From sequence record SRR22947727_339: DNA of 64,000 nt; one strand, written 5' to 3'. Under the pieces are notes generated by a model. That model was not told where the DNA came from. It saw only the letters and a program-made list of their open reading frames with translations, and searched no databases. Shown here piece after piece: positions 30,032-39,713 of the stretch. Position 1 is the first letter of the stretch. Each line of letters begins with the position of its first letter. The position numbers were made by a program, and so were the translations under genes.

Positions 30032-31528
30032 TTAAATCTCATCAGCAATATTTGATTTGCAAACTCTTAAAACCTCTTGTGCAGATGTCTCTCCAGTTAA
30101 TACTCTATTAGCCCCAGACCCCAAAAGAGATTGACGGTTTTTAAAAGCATAATTGCTTATCTCTAACTCGCTCGCGCCATCATGAATGAGTGAACGAAGG
30201 GTCTCGTCTAATATTACAATCTCATATATGCCTAACCTACCAATATATCCGGTATTATTACAATGACCGCAACCTTTTGCTTTGTAAAAAATAGTTTTTA
30301 ATTTTGATATGCCTAGCTCTTCTTTTTCATTTGGGCTGGGCTCATATTCGCATTTACATTTTTCGCAAAGACGGCGCACAAGACGTTGAGCAACGAGAGC
30401 ATTCACAGTTGATGAAAGCAAAAATGACTCCACTCCCATATCTCTCAAACGTGCAATCGCTGCAACTGCAGAATTTGTATGGACAGTTGATAAAACGAGG
30501 TGTCCAGTTAAAGATGCCTGAACAGCAATTTCTGCTGTTTCAGGGTCACGAATTTCACCTATCATAACCACATCAGGATCCTGTCTTAATATTGCACGCA
30601 ACCCTGCAGCAAATGTCATACCAATCTGGTTATTAACCTGTGATTGGCCAATACCATCCAATGCATACTCAATTGGGTCTTCGACTGTAAGTATATTTCG
30701 AGAACCATCATTCAAACATGAGAGACCAGCATACAATGTTGTTGTTTTACCTGAGCCTGTTGGCCCTGTGACTAATATAATCCCATTTGGCCTTTTTAGA
30801 GCTGCTTCAAATGGTTTAAGTGATTCAGGGGTCATTCCTAGATCCGAAAGTTCAAGACGAGAAGAGCCTTGTTCTAAAATTCTCATTACTAATCTTTCAC
30901 CATGACGAGATGGCAATGTAGAGACCCTGATATCAATAGCTCTTTGCCCTAAGTTTAATGAAAATCTTCCATCTTGAGGAATTCGCTTTTTAGCAATATC
31001 TAATTGGGCCATGACTTTGACTCGCGAGACTAAAACGGATGATAAATGTGAAGGCAAACTCAACATTTCTTGAAGCGAACCATCAATACGAAAGCGAATA
31101 GACAGCCGCGCCTCAAAAGGTTCTATGTGAATATCAGACGCGCGGTTATTTATAGCCTCCTGAAGAACACCATTGATAAGACGAATAACTGGAGCATCAT
31201 CAGAGCTGTCTAAAAGGTCTGAAATCTTTGGTATACCATGGGCTAGCGCACTTAAATCAGACGAAGTTCCTATAGCATCCTCCGCTGAAACCGATAGATC
31301 AGCAGAGGCATAGACTTGGGCTGCTATAGTTTCAAACTCACTATTACTAACCTCTTTCAAAATCGCTGGATGAACCTGAGTTCGACGTGCCTCAAGGATT
31401 GCTTCAAAACTAGTAGAGGCACGGTGAATAATAATAACTTTATTTTTTATGGTAGTCACTAGGACACCATTGGCACGCGCGAACGTATAGTCTAATATCG
31501 GCTTCTCGGATAAGTTAGTTTTACTCAT
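30032..31528 (-). CDS. gspE: T2SS ATPase E
   Basis: ASDIHIEP, PQDGR, GPTGSGKTTT, VEDPIEY, LRQDPD..MIGEIRD, tetracysteine motif. Confidence 0.96.
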   Translation of the reverse strand: MSKTNLSEKPILDYTFARANGVLVTTIKNKVIIIHRASTSFEAILEARRTQVHPAILKEVSNSEFETIAAQVYASADLSVSAEDAIGTSSDLSALAHGIPKISDLLDSSDDAPVIRLINGVLQEAINNRASDIHIEPFEARLSIRFRIDGSLQEMLSLPSHLSSVLVSRVKVMAQLDIAKKRIPQDGRFSLNLGQRAIDIRVSTLPSRHGERLVMRILEQGSSRLELSDLGMTPESLKPFEAALKRPNGIILVTGPTGSGKTTTLYAGLSCLNDGSRNILTVEDPIEYALDGIGQSQVNNQIGMTFAAGLRAILRQDPDVVMIGEIRDPETAEIAVQASLTGHLVLSTVHTNSAVAAIARLRDMGVESFLLSSTVNALVAQRLVRRLCEKCKCEYEPSPNEKEELGISKLKTIFYKAKGCGHCNNTGYIGRLGIYEIVILDETLRSLIHDGASELEISNYAFKNRQSLLGSGANRVLTGETSAQEVLRVCKSNIADEI

Positions 31529-31652
31529 GATTAATCATAACGAATAAAAATTAACGTGTCACGTTGGTTCTTACCATCTGCGACTATGTAAAAATTAGTG
31601 CTAGAGCTTAAATTTGCTTTTCAAAACAAACTCAACTAATAGCATCGCGAAT

Positions 31653-31669
31653 GATTACATTATGTAATC
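31653..31669. promoter_or_regulatory. Perfect palindromic operator candidate
   Basis: GATTACAT-T-ATGTAATC, 24 bp upstream of the ABC ATPase start, in the gspE/ABC divergent gap. Confidence 0.6.
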
Positions 31670-31693
31670 TAATACTCCTAGGAATAAAATATA

Positions 31694-32575
31694 ATGCTTT
31701 CCATTAAAAATATTCACAAACGATTTGGCACTGTTCATGCCATGAATAATATTAGTCTTGATCTTAAACCTGGATTGTTTGGGCTTTTGGGCCCAAACGG
31801 AGCAGGTAAATCAACCTTGATGCGAACCCTTGCAACACTACAAAAACCTGACTCAGGTACGATTACTTATAATGGTGTGAATATTATTAGTGATCCTGAT
31901 ATTATTAGGTCGGCTCTTGGCTACCTTCCGCAAGACTTTGGTGTTTACCCTAAAATGAGTGCTCTAGCATTGCTTGATCACATAGCCATACTAAAAGGTA
32001 TAATTAATAAATCAGAACGAAAAGAGCAGATTGAGATGCTGCTTCAAATGGTGAATCTTTGGACGCACAAATCAGCTTCTGTCGCTACTTTCTCTGGAGG
32101 TATGAAACAAAGGTTTGGAGTGGCGCAAGCATTGATTGGAGACCCTAACTTAATTATTGTTGATGAACCAACAGCAGGACTGGACCCTTTGGAGCGTCAA
32201 CGCTTTTTAGATATTCTATCGCGCGCTGGTGACAATAAAATTATCATCTTATCTACGCATATTATCGAAGACGTACGAGATCTATGCACAGATATGGGAG
32301 TTATGGGTAATGGAGAGTTAATCGTTCGCGGCGCTCCTGAGGATTTAATAAAAAATATTAAAGGCCAAGTTTGGGTAAAACAAATTGATGATGATCAACA
32401 AGTAGAAAACCTTAAAACCGAAATGCAAGTACTTTCAACGCGGCGGCTTCGAGGATCAACAGTAGTAACAGCCCTAAATTCAGCCAAACCAAATAGGGGC
32501 TGGAAATCAAAAGACATACTTTTAGAAGATGCCTATTTTGCGTATTTAAATGGTTTTATGAGTAATAAAAATTAA
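31694..32575 (+). CDS. ABC exporter ATP-binding protein
   Basis: GPNGAGKST, GYLPQDFG, FSGGMKQR, IVDEPTAGLDP, STH. Confidence 0.93.
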   Translation: MLSIKNIHKRFGTVHAMNNISLDLKPGLFGLLGPNGAGKSTLMRTLATLQKPDSGTITYNGVNIISDPDIIRSALGYLPQDFGVYPKMSALALLDHIAILKGIINKSERKEQIEMLLQMVNLWTHKSASVATFSGGMKQRFGVAQALIGDPNLIIVDEPTAGLDPLERQRFLDILSRAGDNKIIILSTHIIEDVRDLCTDMGVMGNGELIVRGAPEDLIKNIKGQVWVKQIDDDQQVENLKTEMQVLSTRRLRGSTVVTALNSAKPNRGWKSKDILLEDAYFAYLNGFMSNKN

Positions 32576-32577
32576 TT

Positions 32578-35500
32578 ATGTTACCTAAATTACTAAAATT
32601 CGAACTCTCTGTTCATTTAAGACAAATAAGCTTTTGGGTAGCTTTTGCTGTCATGCTTGGAATAGGGATAGCTTTTGCATCCTTAGAAAATTTTTCGATC
32701 GGCACAGGCGCAGGCTCTAAAGTTAAAGGTAATGGAGCAATCCCGATTGCATTAACAGTTTCTGCTTTCGGTCTTTTTTCTATCTTTTTTGCAGCTGTAT
32801 TTGTTGTCACTGGCGTAATGAGAGATGAGACATATAGGTTCATGGAAATCATTCATTCTACAAAAGTTAAAACCATAGACTTAATTGTTTCTCGAATGTT
32901 AGGTGTATGGATTGCAACAACCCTTAGCTTAATGGGTATAGTCATAGGAACAATGGCTGGGCAATTCATGCCATGGGCAGATTCTGAGACTTTCCAAAAG
33001 TTTAATTTAATTCATTACTTGCAACCTACAATTTTATTTATAGTGATAAATGCTCTGCTTGTTTCAAGCATTTATACCTTAATTGCTGTATCAACGAGAA
33101 ATAAAGCATTAGTATATGTTAGCGCTGTTGGTTTATTTGTTCTCTATATTATTGCAGGTATCATAGCAGGTGAAAACCCTGATGAATGGTTAGCAGCATT
33201 AATAGACCCTTTTGGCGCAACATCTCTGGCACTCGAGACCCAATATTGGCCGGCTGCAGAACAAAATAGTGAGATGGCTCCACTTTCAGGGTGGCTTGGT
33301 TTCAATCGGTTAATGTATTTAGCTTTGAGTGTATTCATTTTTAGTACAGCATACATGTTATCCGCTCGTGGCTTCAAGAATGGAAAAGTTAAAAATAAAA
33401 AAAATGAAAATGAAAATCTAAAAATACCTACACATATAATGCCAATGCGACCAAATTTTGGCTCAATCTATTCGCTAAAGTCATTTTGGTTACGTATCAT
33501 GTTTGAATATAAATCTACAGTAAAAACAACAGCCTTTATTATATTATTTGGAATAGCCATTGTACTGTTTGGGATTACTCTTTTTGCATCATTATATTTA
33601 GGCGCTAGTACATCCCTTCCAACCTCCAATCTAATGACGCAATTAGCTCTTGGATCTATGCTTATTCCATTAATTATTATTATGGTGTTTTTTGGTTCTG
33701 ATTTAATGTGGCGTGACAGAACTTCAAATATTCATGGCATAGTTGATGCGACTCCAGTTAAAAACAGCACTCTCTTATTTGCTAAATGGGGAGCCTTAGC
33801 ATTACTAATTTTAACTCTAATACTTGGCCTGTTAGTTGCTGGAATGATAGCACAGCTTATTTTTGGATGGGGTATTATTCCTGTCGTTCCAAAAACATTT
33901 TTAGCTATAGGTCTGGTAAGCTTTTTTACCACTTTCTTTTTTCAGGGAATGCTGGTTATGTTTATTCAAAACTTTATGCCTGGCAGAATAATCGGAATGT
34001 TCGTTGGAGCAGGCGCGTTAATATCCCTCATATTTGTTATAGGAAATCTACCTTTCTACCACCCGCTAATGAATTATGGGAGCATAGGCGCTGGAGCTTA
34101 TTCTGAAATGGGAGGCTTTTCTGCACCAAAATCATATGGTTGGGAATTTGCCTATTGGGCAGGCTTTTTATTGATTCTTGGTGCAATATCTACATGGATA
34201 TGGAGAAGAGGTTATCAAGTTAGTCTAGCGGAACGTCTGCGGGGTATTAAAGATAATATAACTCGCTTTTCCTTAAGCACTGCTATCATAGGCATTACTT
34301 TATTTCTTGGTTTTGGGATTTTAGGTTCGCAAAGCTACAAAGCAGAAGAATATGTAAATGCCAATCAGATTGAAAAAAATAGAGCGGAATTTGAAAAGAG
34401 TGTAATCGATATTTGGGAAGATCTTGAGCCTAGAATAACTAAAGTTAGCGTTGTAGCTGATTTTTTCCCAGAAAATCAAACAGCTTCTTTTAATGGTGTT
34501 TATACAATCGATAACCCTCATGAAGAAACAATAGAGAGAGTTACACTTTATTCTGAGGTAGGAGTTGAGAATATTTCAAAATTGAAAATTGAAGGGGGAA
34601 CCGAAGTTACAGACGACGATATTAGTAAAAAGTTAAAAAAAGACTATGACATACTAACTATAAAATTTGACCCCCCCTTGGCCCCAGGCGATGAAAGAGA
34701 GGTTGTATTTTCTACAAAATTTAACGGTTCAACTCTAACAGACAGTTCAGATATCTTACGTAATGGAACATTTTTAAACAATAATGAAGCGTTGATTGTA
34801 TTTGGTAATCTAGAAACCCAATTCATTTCAAATCCAGATAAGAGACGCAAATATGATTTAGGCGATAGGGTAGAATGGCCAGATCGCGAAAATGAAGAAG
34901 CTCGTAGATATCATTTGTTAACGAGTTTTTCAGGATATGCTGATTTTGTAGACTTTGATGCAAAGATTTGCACCATAGAAAACCAAATTCCTGTTGCCCC
35001 AGGAAAATTTATTAGTGAAGATATTGCAGGTGGACGGCGATGTAGAATATATAAGTCAATTAACCCTATATTGAACTTCTTTTCCTTCATGACTGCTGAA
35101 TATGAACTACAAACGCAATCATGGAACAATCCAGCAGGCGATAATATTGATTTAGAAATTTATTATCACCCAACGCACAACTATAATATTGAACTAATGT
35201 TTGACTCAATGAAACAAGCTTTAGATACTTACACCAACACCTTTAGTCCTTACCAATATGCACAACTTAGAATTATGGAATTTCCTTATCAAAGTTTTGC
35301 TCAAGCCTTTGCAGGGACTGTACCTTTCTCAGAAAATATTGGTTTTGTTCAAAATCCAGGCGACTCTGATGATCCTAAAAGAGTTGACTACGCGAGCTAT
35401 GTTACAATGCATGAAATTGGTCACCAATGGTTTGCACATCAATTGATAGGAGCATTTGCAAAAGGAAGTAACCTTTTATCAGAGGGTTTGACCGAAAATG

Positions 35501-36216
35501 CGACTATGTTGGCATATGAAAATCATTATGACTTTACTAAAGCTAGAAGAATGCATGAAGAGCGTACAACTCAACAATACCTCACACAGAGAACATTTGA
35601 TAATGACGATGAACCAGTGTTAGCTAAAGCTGAAGGACAAAGTTATCTAAACTATAATAAAACTAGCTGGGTTTTCTGGGGAATGAGACAATTAATCGGG
35701 AATGAAGTTGTTCAAAATTCTGTAAAAAGAATGCTTCGGGAACATCATGGTAATATTGGAGCACCTTACCCTACCACGCTGGAATTGGTTAAAATTTTAA
35801 ATGAAGAGGTTCATCCTAAATATCATAAACTAATAGATGATTATTGGAATAAAATTACTTTCTGGGAGTTATCATTTACAAGTGACGTCGAGATATCAGA
35901 AAAGGGTAAATACTTTCAAGTATCAGTACCAATAACTCTTGATAAAAAATATGCAGCAGAAAAAGACGGTGAAGAAACATCTGTAACTGATATTAAGGGA
36001 GAGAAATTGAATGAGTGGGTTGAGGTTGGTTTTTATTTAGAAAACCCAGAAGGTGACTTGGGTGCAAATCCTTTTGAGGTAAAATTAGTACAATTATCAA
36101 AATCAGAAACTATGATGAAATTCAATTTAGAAGAAAAACCCAAATATATTGTGCTTGATCCAAAACGTGCTCTTATTGAAAGGAATGTGAAAGATAATAC
36201 AAAATCTGTAATATAA
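32578..36216 (+). CDS. ABC-2-type permease fused to an M1-like (gluzincin) zinc metallopeptidase
   Basis: Two permease-like hydrophobic repeats (RD...I.hsT.v) over ~590 aa, then a soluble domain with HEIGH-x18-E and Y.K. Confidence 0.88.
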   Translation: MLPKLLKFELSVHLRQISFWVAFAVMLGIGIAFASLENFSIGTGAGSKVKGNGAIPIALTVSAFGLFSIFFAAVFVVTGVMRDETYRFMEIIHSTKVKTIDLIVSRMLGVWIATTLSLMGIVIGTMAGQFMPWADSETFQKFNLIHYLQPTILFIVINALLVSSIYTLIAVSTRNKALVYVSAVGLFVLYIIAGIIAGENPDEWLAALIDPFGATSLALETQYWPAAEQNSEMAPLSGWLGFNRLMYLALSVFIFSTAYMLSARGFKNGKVKNKKNENENLKIPTHIMPMRPNFGSIYSLKSFWLRIMFEYKSTVKTTAFIILFGIAIVLFGITLFASLYLGASTSLPTSNLMTQLALGSMLIPLIIIMVFFGSDLMWRDRTSNIHGIVDATPVKNSTLLFAKWGALALLILTLILGLLVAGMIAQLIFGWGIIPVVPKTFLAIGLVSFFTTFFFQGMLVMFIQNFMPGRIIGMFVGAGALISLIFVIGNLPFYHPLMNYGSIGAGAYSEMGGFSAPKSYGWEFAYWAGFLLILGAISTWIWRRGYQVSLAERLRGIKDNITRFSLSTAIIGITLFLGFGILGSQSYKAEEYVNANQIEKNRAEFEKSVIDIWEDLEPRITKVSVVADFFPENQTASFNGVYTIDNPHEETIERVTLYSEVGVENISKLKIEGGTEVTDDDISKKLKKDYDILTIKFDPPLAPGDEREVVFSTKFNGSTLTDSSDILRNGTFLNNNEALIVFGNLETQFISNPDKRRKYDLGDRVEWPDRENEEARRYHLLTSFSGYADFVDFDAKICTIENQIPVAPGKFISEDIAGGRRCRIYKSINPILNFFSFMTAEYELQTQSWNNPAGDNIDLEIYYHPTHNYNIELMFDSMKQALDTYTNTFSPYQYAQLRIMEFPYQSFAQAFAGTVPFSENIGFVQNPGDSDDPKRVDYASYVTMHEIGHQWFAHQLIGAFAKGSNLLSEGLTENATMLAYENHYDFTKARRMHEERTTQQYLTQRTFDNDDEPVLAKAEGQSYLNYNKTSWVFWGMRQLIGNEVVQNSVKRMLREHHGNIGAPYPTTLELVKILNEEVHPKYHKLIDDYWNKITFWELSFTSDVEISEKGKYFQVSVPITLDKKYAAEKDGEETSVTDIKGEKLNEWVEVGFYLENPEGDLGANPFEVKLVQLSKSETMMKFNLEEKPKYIVLDPKRALIERNVKDNTKSVI

Positions 36217-36310
36217 TAACCAATTGAACTCATTCAAAAGACTATCATTACTTGCTCCTTCTTCTTTTGTACACTAAAGGATCAAAAAAAGTAGGGCTAA
36301 GAGCTGAATT

Positions 36311-36874
36311 ATGAAAATTAATGGTAATGAAATACGCCAAGGTAATATTATAAAACACCAAGACACGCTTTGGGTTGCTGTAAAATGCAATGCAGTCAAA
36401 CCCGGTAAAGGAGGAGCATTTAATCAAGTCGAACTCAAGAATATACTTGATGGCCGTAAATTAAATGAAAGGTTTAGAGCAGCAGAGACCGTAGAAAAAG
36501 TCCGTTTAGAACAAAAACCTCACACTTTTCTTTATTCAGAAGGTGATATGATAATATTTATGAATGCAGAGAACTATGAACAAATCAGCCTTCAAAGAGA
36601 ATTTGTTGGCGATAAATCTGTTTACCTAACTGATGGCATGACTGTGGACGTAGAATTTTATGAAGAACGTGCCATTTCTATTGCTCTTCCAGAGCAAGTA
36701 ATACTTACTGTTGCAGACACAGAACCTGTAGTAAAAGGCCAAACAGCAGCTAACTCATATAAACCAGCAACACTATCAAACGGAGTAAGAACAACTGTAC
36801 CTCCATTTGTTGGAGTTGATGAACGACTGATTATACTTACAGAAGATGGCTCTTATATTAAGCGTGCAGATTGA
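36311..36874 (+). CDS. efp: Elongation factor P
   Basis: [27 protein letters not shown]. Confidence 0.97.
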   Translation: MKINGNEIRQGNIIKHQDTLWVAVKCNAVKPGKGGAFNQVELKNILDGRKLNERFRAAETVEKVRLEQKPHTFLYSEGDMIIFMNAENYEQISLQREFVGDKSVYLTDGMTVDVEFYEERAISIALPEQVILTVADTEPVVKGQTAANSYKPATLSNGVRTTVPPFVGVDERLIILTEDGSYIKRAD

Positions 36875-37713
36875 TGACCACTCATACTGAATCCACCAGT
36901 CATCTTTCTCCTTTAATGAGAGTTATGCAATTTGCAGCGCGTAAAGCCTCTCGAAACTTATTAAGAGATTTTGGAGAACTCGAGCATATCCAAGTTTCAC
37001 GTAAAGGTCCTGCAGATTTTGTCTCTAGGGCTGATAAAAAAGCAGAAGAAACTATTATAGAAAGTTTATTACGAGACAGACCTGGTTACAGTATACTCGC
37101 TGAAGAATGCGGGGAGATTAAAGGAACAGACAAAACACATAGGTTCATCGTTGATCCACTTGATGGTACTACAAATTTTCTCCATGGAATACCACATTTT
37201 GCAATATCTATAGCATTAGAACGAGAGATAGATAATAATCCAAAAGAACTTGTAGCTGGTGTAATTTATAATCCAATAACCGATGAAATGTTCTTTGCCG
37301 AAAAAAATAAAGGGGCCTTTTTAAATGATGGAACTAGAGGTGGCAGTGATAGACGTTTAAGACCAGCTAAACGCGATAATTTTGCAAATGCAATTTTTGC
37401 CACAGGAATTCCATTTCTTGGTCGGCCGGGTCATACAAAATTCTTAAAAGAATTACATCAAGTTATGGGACGAAGCGCTGGAGTCAGACGCATGGGTTCG
37501 GCTGCACTTGATCTAGCCTGGACCGCAGCAGGCAGATATGATGGTTTTTGGGAACGTGGTCTAGCTATTTGGGATATAGCAGCTGGAGTTCTTATTGCTC
37601 GAGAGTCTGGTCTTCGTGTTGAAAGCCTAACACATGGAAATGTTTTGGATACCGGTGACATAATAGCAACTAATGAAATGCTTCACGAGCCATTATTAAA
37701 AAACTTATCTTAG
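36874..37713 (+). CDS. suhB: Inositol monophosphatase family protein
   Basis: DFVS.AD, AEE, DPLDGTTNF.HG, RRMGSAALDL, WDIAAG; ATG overlaps the efp TGA. Confidence 0.92.
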   Translation: MTTHTESTSHLSPLMRVMQFAARKASRNLLRDFGELEHIQVSRKGPADFVSRADKKAEETIIESLLRDRPGYSILAEECGEIKGTDKTHRFIVDPLDGTTNFLHGIPHFAISIALEREIDNNPKELVAGVIYNPITDEMFFAEKNKGAFLNDGTRGGSDRRLRPAKRDNFANAIFATGIPFLGRPGHTKFLKELHQVMGRSAGVRRMGSAALDLAWTAAGRYDGFWERGLAIWDIAAGVLIARESGLRVESLTHGNVLDTGDIIATNEMLHEPLLKNLS

Positions 37714-37719
37714 CAATAC

Positions 37720-37748
37720 TTGACGCACCAATAACTCTACTTTATAGG
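37720..37748 (+). promoter_or_regulatory. Sigma70-type promoter of rpmE
   Basis: TTGACG-N17-TATAGG. Confidence 0.6.
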
Positions 37749-37809
37749 CCTCAATTCAGCGGAGGACCGCATAAAGTAAATCCGTAAAAATAGGCTAAGG
37801 AGCCATGAA

Positions 37810-38031
37810 ATGAAAAAAAATACACATCCAGATTATCACATGATTACTGTCCAAATGGTAGATGGATCTACTTATCAAACGCGTTCTACATATGGTAAAG
37901 AAGGTGACACACTAGTTCTAGATATTGACTCAAAGTCCCACCCAGCTTGGACAGGTGGTGAAGGTAAACTTGTAGATAGAGGTGGTCGAGTATCACGCTT
38001 TAAAGATAAATTTGCAGGTTTTGGAACCTAA
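37810..38031 (+). CDS. rpmE: 50S ribosomal protein L31 (Cys-free type)
   Basis: MKK..HPDYH, TRST, HPAWTGG, GRV.RF. Confidence 0.97.
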   Translation: MKKNTHPDYHMITVQMVDGSTYQTRSTYGKEGDTLVLDIDSKSHPAWTGGEGKLVDRGGRVSRFKDKFAGFGT

Positions 38032-38044
38032 TTAAAAGTTTAGT

Positions 38045-38072
38045 AAAAAGCGTCTATAAGGCGCTTTTTTTT
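38045..38072. terminator. Bidirectional intrinsic terminator between rpmE and rcdA
   Basis: AAAAAGCGTC-TATAA-GGCGC-T8. Confidence 0.75.
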
Positions 38073-38608
38073 ATATATGCAGAGCGAATTCTTTCAACTT
38101 GATCAGCTACTGTGTTTCCCTTTTGTGCAGCAATAGATCCATAAAGGGAACGATCAAGGCGGGCGATTTTATCATAAAGATTTTCAAGGTCTTCAGTTAA
38201 ACTTGCGAACCTTAAAAACTTCGGAGAGTTAATATTACTAAATTGCGAAACCGTTAACTCCCCTAACTCTTCCTTATTGGTAAGACGGTGTTTTGGTTGA
38301 CAGGCGTCAAGTGAGCTAATTTTTTTCTTTTTGAGCAACCTCTGGACTTTAATCCATTTTTTTAACTGAAGAACTAATTCTTTGCATTGATTCTCTTGAG
38401 ATAATATGATGTTTTTTTGATTTTTTTCTCCAGTAACGTAGTCCTTATCAAGAAATACTGCTAAGTTTGACTCTAAATATAAAAGCTCTTCAACTAAGTT
38501 ATCCAAAAGCTCTGAGTTTACAAATTCAACTAACCTTGCCTCAGCTTGAGGTCTAAATGTATCTGATGTACGATCAACTGGTACTGTTTTATTTTTTTTA
38601 AAAGTCAT
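38054..38608 (-). CDS. rcdA: Divergent RcdA / DUF1465 family ClpXP adaptor
   Basis: F..SEL, A.FLD, W..VQR, AC...RL, LY..I.RLDR.LY, N.V..Q..R; rpmE-DUF1465-DUF1192 synteny. Confidence 0.7.
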   Translation of the reverse strand: MTFKKNKTVPVDRTSDTFRPQAEARLVEFVNSELLDNLVEELLYLESNLAVFLDKDYVTGEKNQKNIILSQENQCKELVLQLKKWIKVQRLLKKKKISSLDACQPKHRLTNKEELGELTVSQFSNINSPKFLRFASLTEDLENLYDKIARLDRSLYGSIAAQKGNTVADQVERIRSAYIKKSAL

Positions 38609-38700
38609 TACTAAACTTAAATAAACCTAATTTATATTATATTATTAGTTAATAGCTCTACACTACTACTTTGCAACTGCTAGATTAAATCTACATAAAA

Positions 38701-38889
38701 TCATTTTTTCGAAGAAAAAAGTTGATCAGCTGCTGTTAAATCAGAATTTTTCTTTAATAATTCTTTTTCAAACCTTAAAATTTCATTCTTAAATACTTTT
38801 ATTCTTATTTTTATTTCTTCAATTGACAACCCATAGAGATCCTCATTGACTTGAAAGTTTTCCAAAACATTATTTACATCATTTTCCAT
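38701..38889 (-). CDS. DUF1192 family small protein
   Basis: EDL..LS.EE...RI.....EI.R......KK.....A..LF. Confidence 0.8.
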   Translation of the reverse strand: MENDVNNVLENFQVNEDLYGLSIEEIKIRIKVFKNEILRFEKELLKKNSDLTAADQLFSSKK

Positions 38890-38901
38890 TTCAAACTTCT
38901 C

Positions 38902-38930
38902 TTGCTAAAATTCAATATACACATTATAAG
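38902..38930 (+). promoter_or_regulatory. Sigma70-type promoter of trcR
   Basis: TTGCTA-N17-TATAAG. Confidence 0.6.
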
Positions 38931-38973
38931 TATTTTTTGAATTATAAATATAGTTATTTTAAATTCAGAATAT

Positions 38974-38995
38974 GCCCCGCGAAGCGGGGTTTTTT
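38974..38995 (+). terminator. Intrinsic terminator within the trcR 5' leader (attenuator candidate)
   Basis: GCCCCGC-GAA-GCGGGGT followed by T5, 13 nt before the GGAGG RBS. Confidence 0.75.
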
Positions 38996-39017
38996 CTTGA
39001 CTAAATTTGGAGGCCCC

Positions 39018-39686
39018 ATGACACAGATACTAATGCCAAAAGCGACAGCAGTATGGCTAATAGATAATACTAGATTAACTTTTAAACAAATAAGTGAATT
39101 CTGTGTATTACATATTCTCGAAGTTGAGGGTATTGCTGACGGAGATGTGGCAGCTGGCATATTGGGGGCAGATCCGATTGCAAATGGCCAAGTCAGTCGT
39201 GAAGAAATCGAAAAAGCAGAAAAAGATAGTAATTATGCTATGCAAGCAAATACATTTGATAGTGACACATTGCAAACTAGTAAGTCCAAGAAAAAAGGGC
39301 CACGCTATACTCCACTCTCCAGAAGGCAAGACCGTCCAGATGCTATTGCTTGGATTGTTAGATATCATCCGGAAGTGTCAGATGCACAAATTTCAAAATT
39401 AATTGGAACAACTAAACCAACAATTAATTCTATACGTGAACGTACACATTGGAAAATCAATACTATTAATCCTATTGATCCAGTATCCTTGGGGCTTTGC
39501 ACACAAATTGATTTAGACAGTATGGTAAAAAAAGCAGCTGACAAAAAGGCAAAACTTGAATCAAAGACCCAACAGGAAACTGGAAAGAGCTTAAAACCAG
39601 TAGAAAAAATTGTTAAAGAGCCTGATTCAAACCAACCTAAAGTTGAACACACGCTAGAAAGCTTGTTCAAGCCATCAAAAATATAA
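39018..39686 (+). CDS. trcR: DUF1013 family RNA-polymerase-associated regulator TrcR
   Basis: LMPKATAVWL.DNT, LEV.GIADG, PRYTP.SRRQDRPDAI, IGTTK.TI; ATG 39018 with GGAGG. Confidence 0.9.
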   Translation: MTQILMPKATAVWLIDNTRLTFKQISEFCVLHILEVEGIADGDVAAGILGADPIANGQVSREEIEKAEKDSNYAMQANTFDSDTLQTSKSKKKGPRYTPLSRRQDRPDAIAWIVRYHPEVSDAQISKLIGTTKPTINSIRERTHWKINTINPIDPVSLGLCTQIDLDSMVKKAADKKAKLESKTQQETGKSLKPVEKIVKEPDSNQPKVEHTLESLFKPSKI

Positions 39687-39713
39687 TTGATTTAAAATCT
39701 AAGTTATTCAGTT

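Noticed and set aside
34671..34677. C7 tract in the ABC-peptidase gene (and G7 at 43234-43240) as phase-variation sites
   Set aside because: Both are in frame, short, and explained by Pro/Gly codons
38937..39017. Longer TTG-started N-terminus of trcR in the ORF track
   Set aside because: It runs through the leader hairpin; the family motif and RBS support ATG 39018
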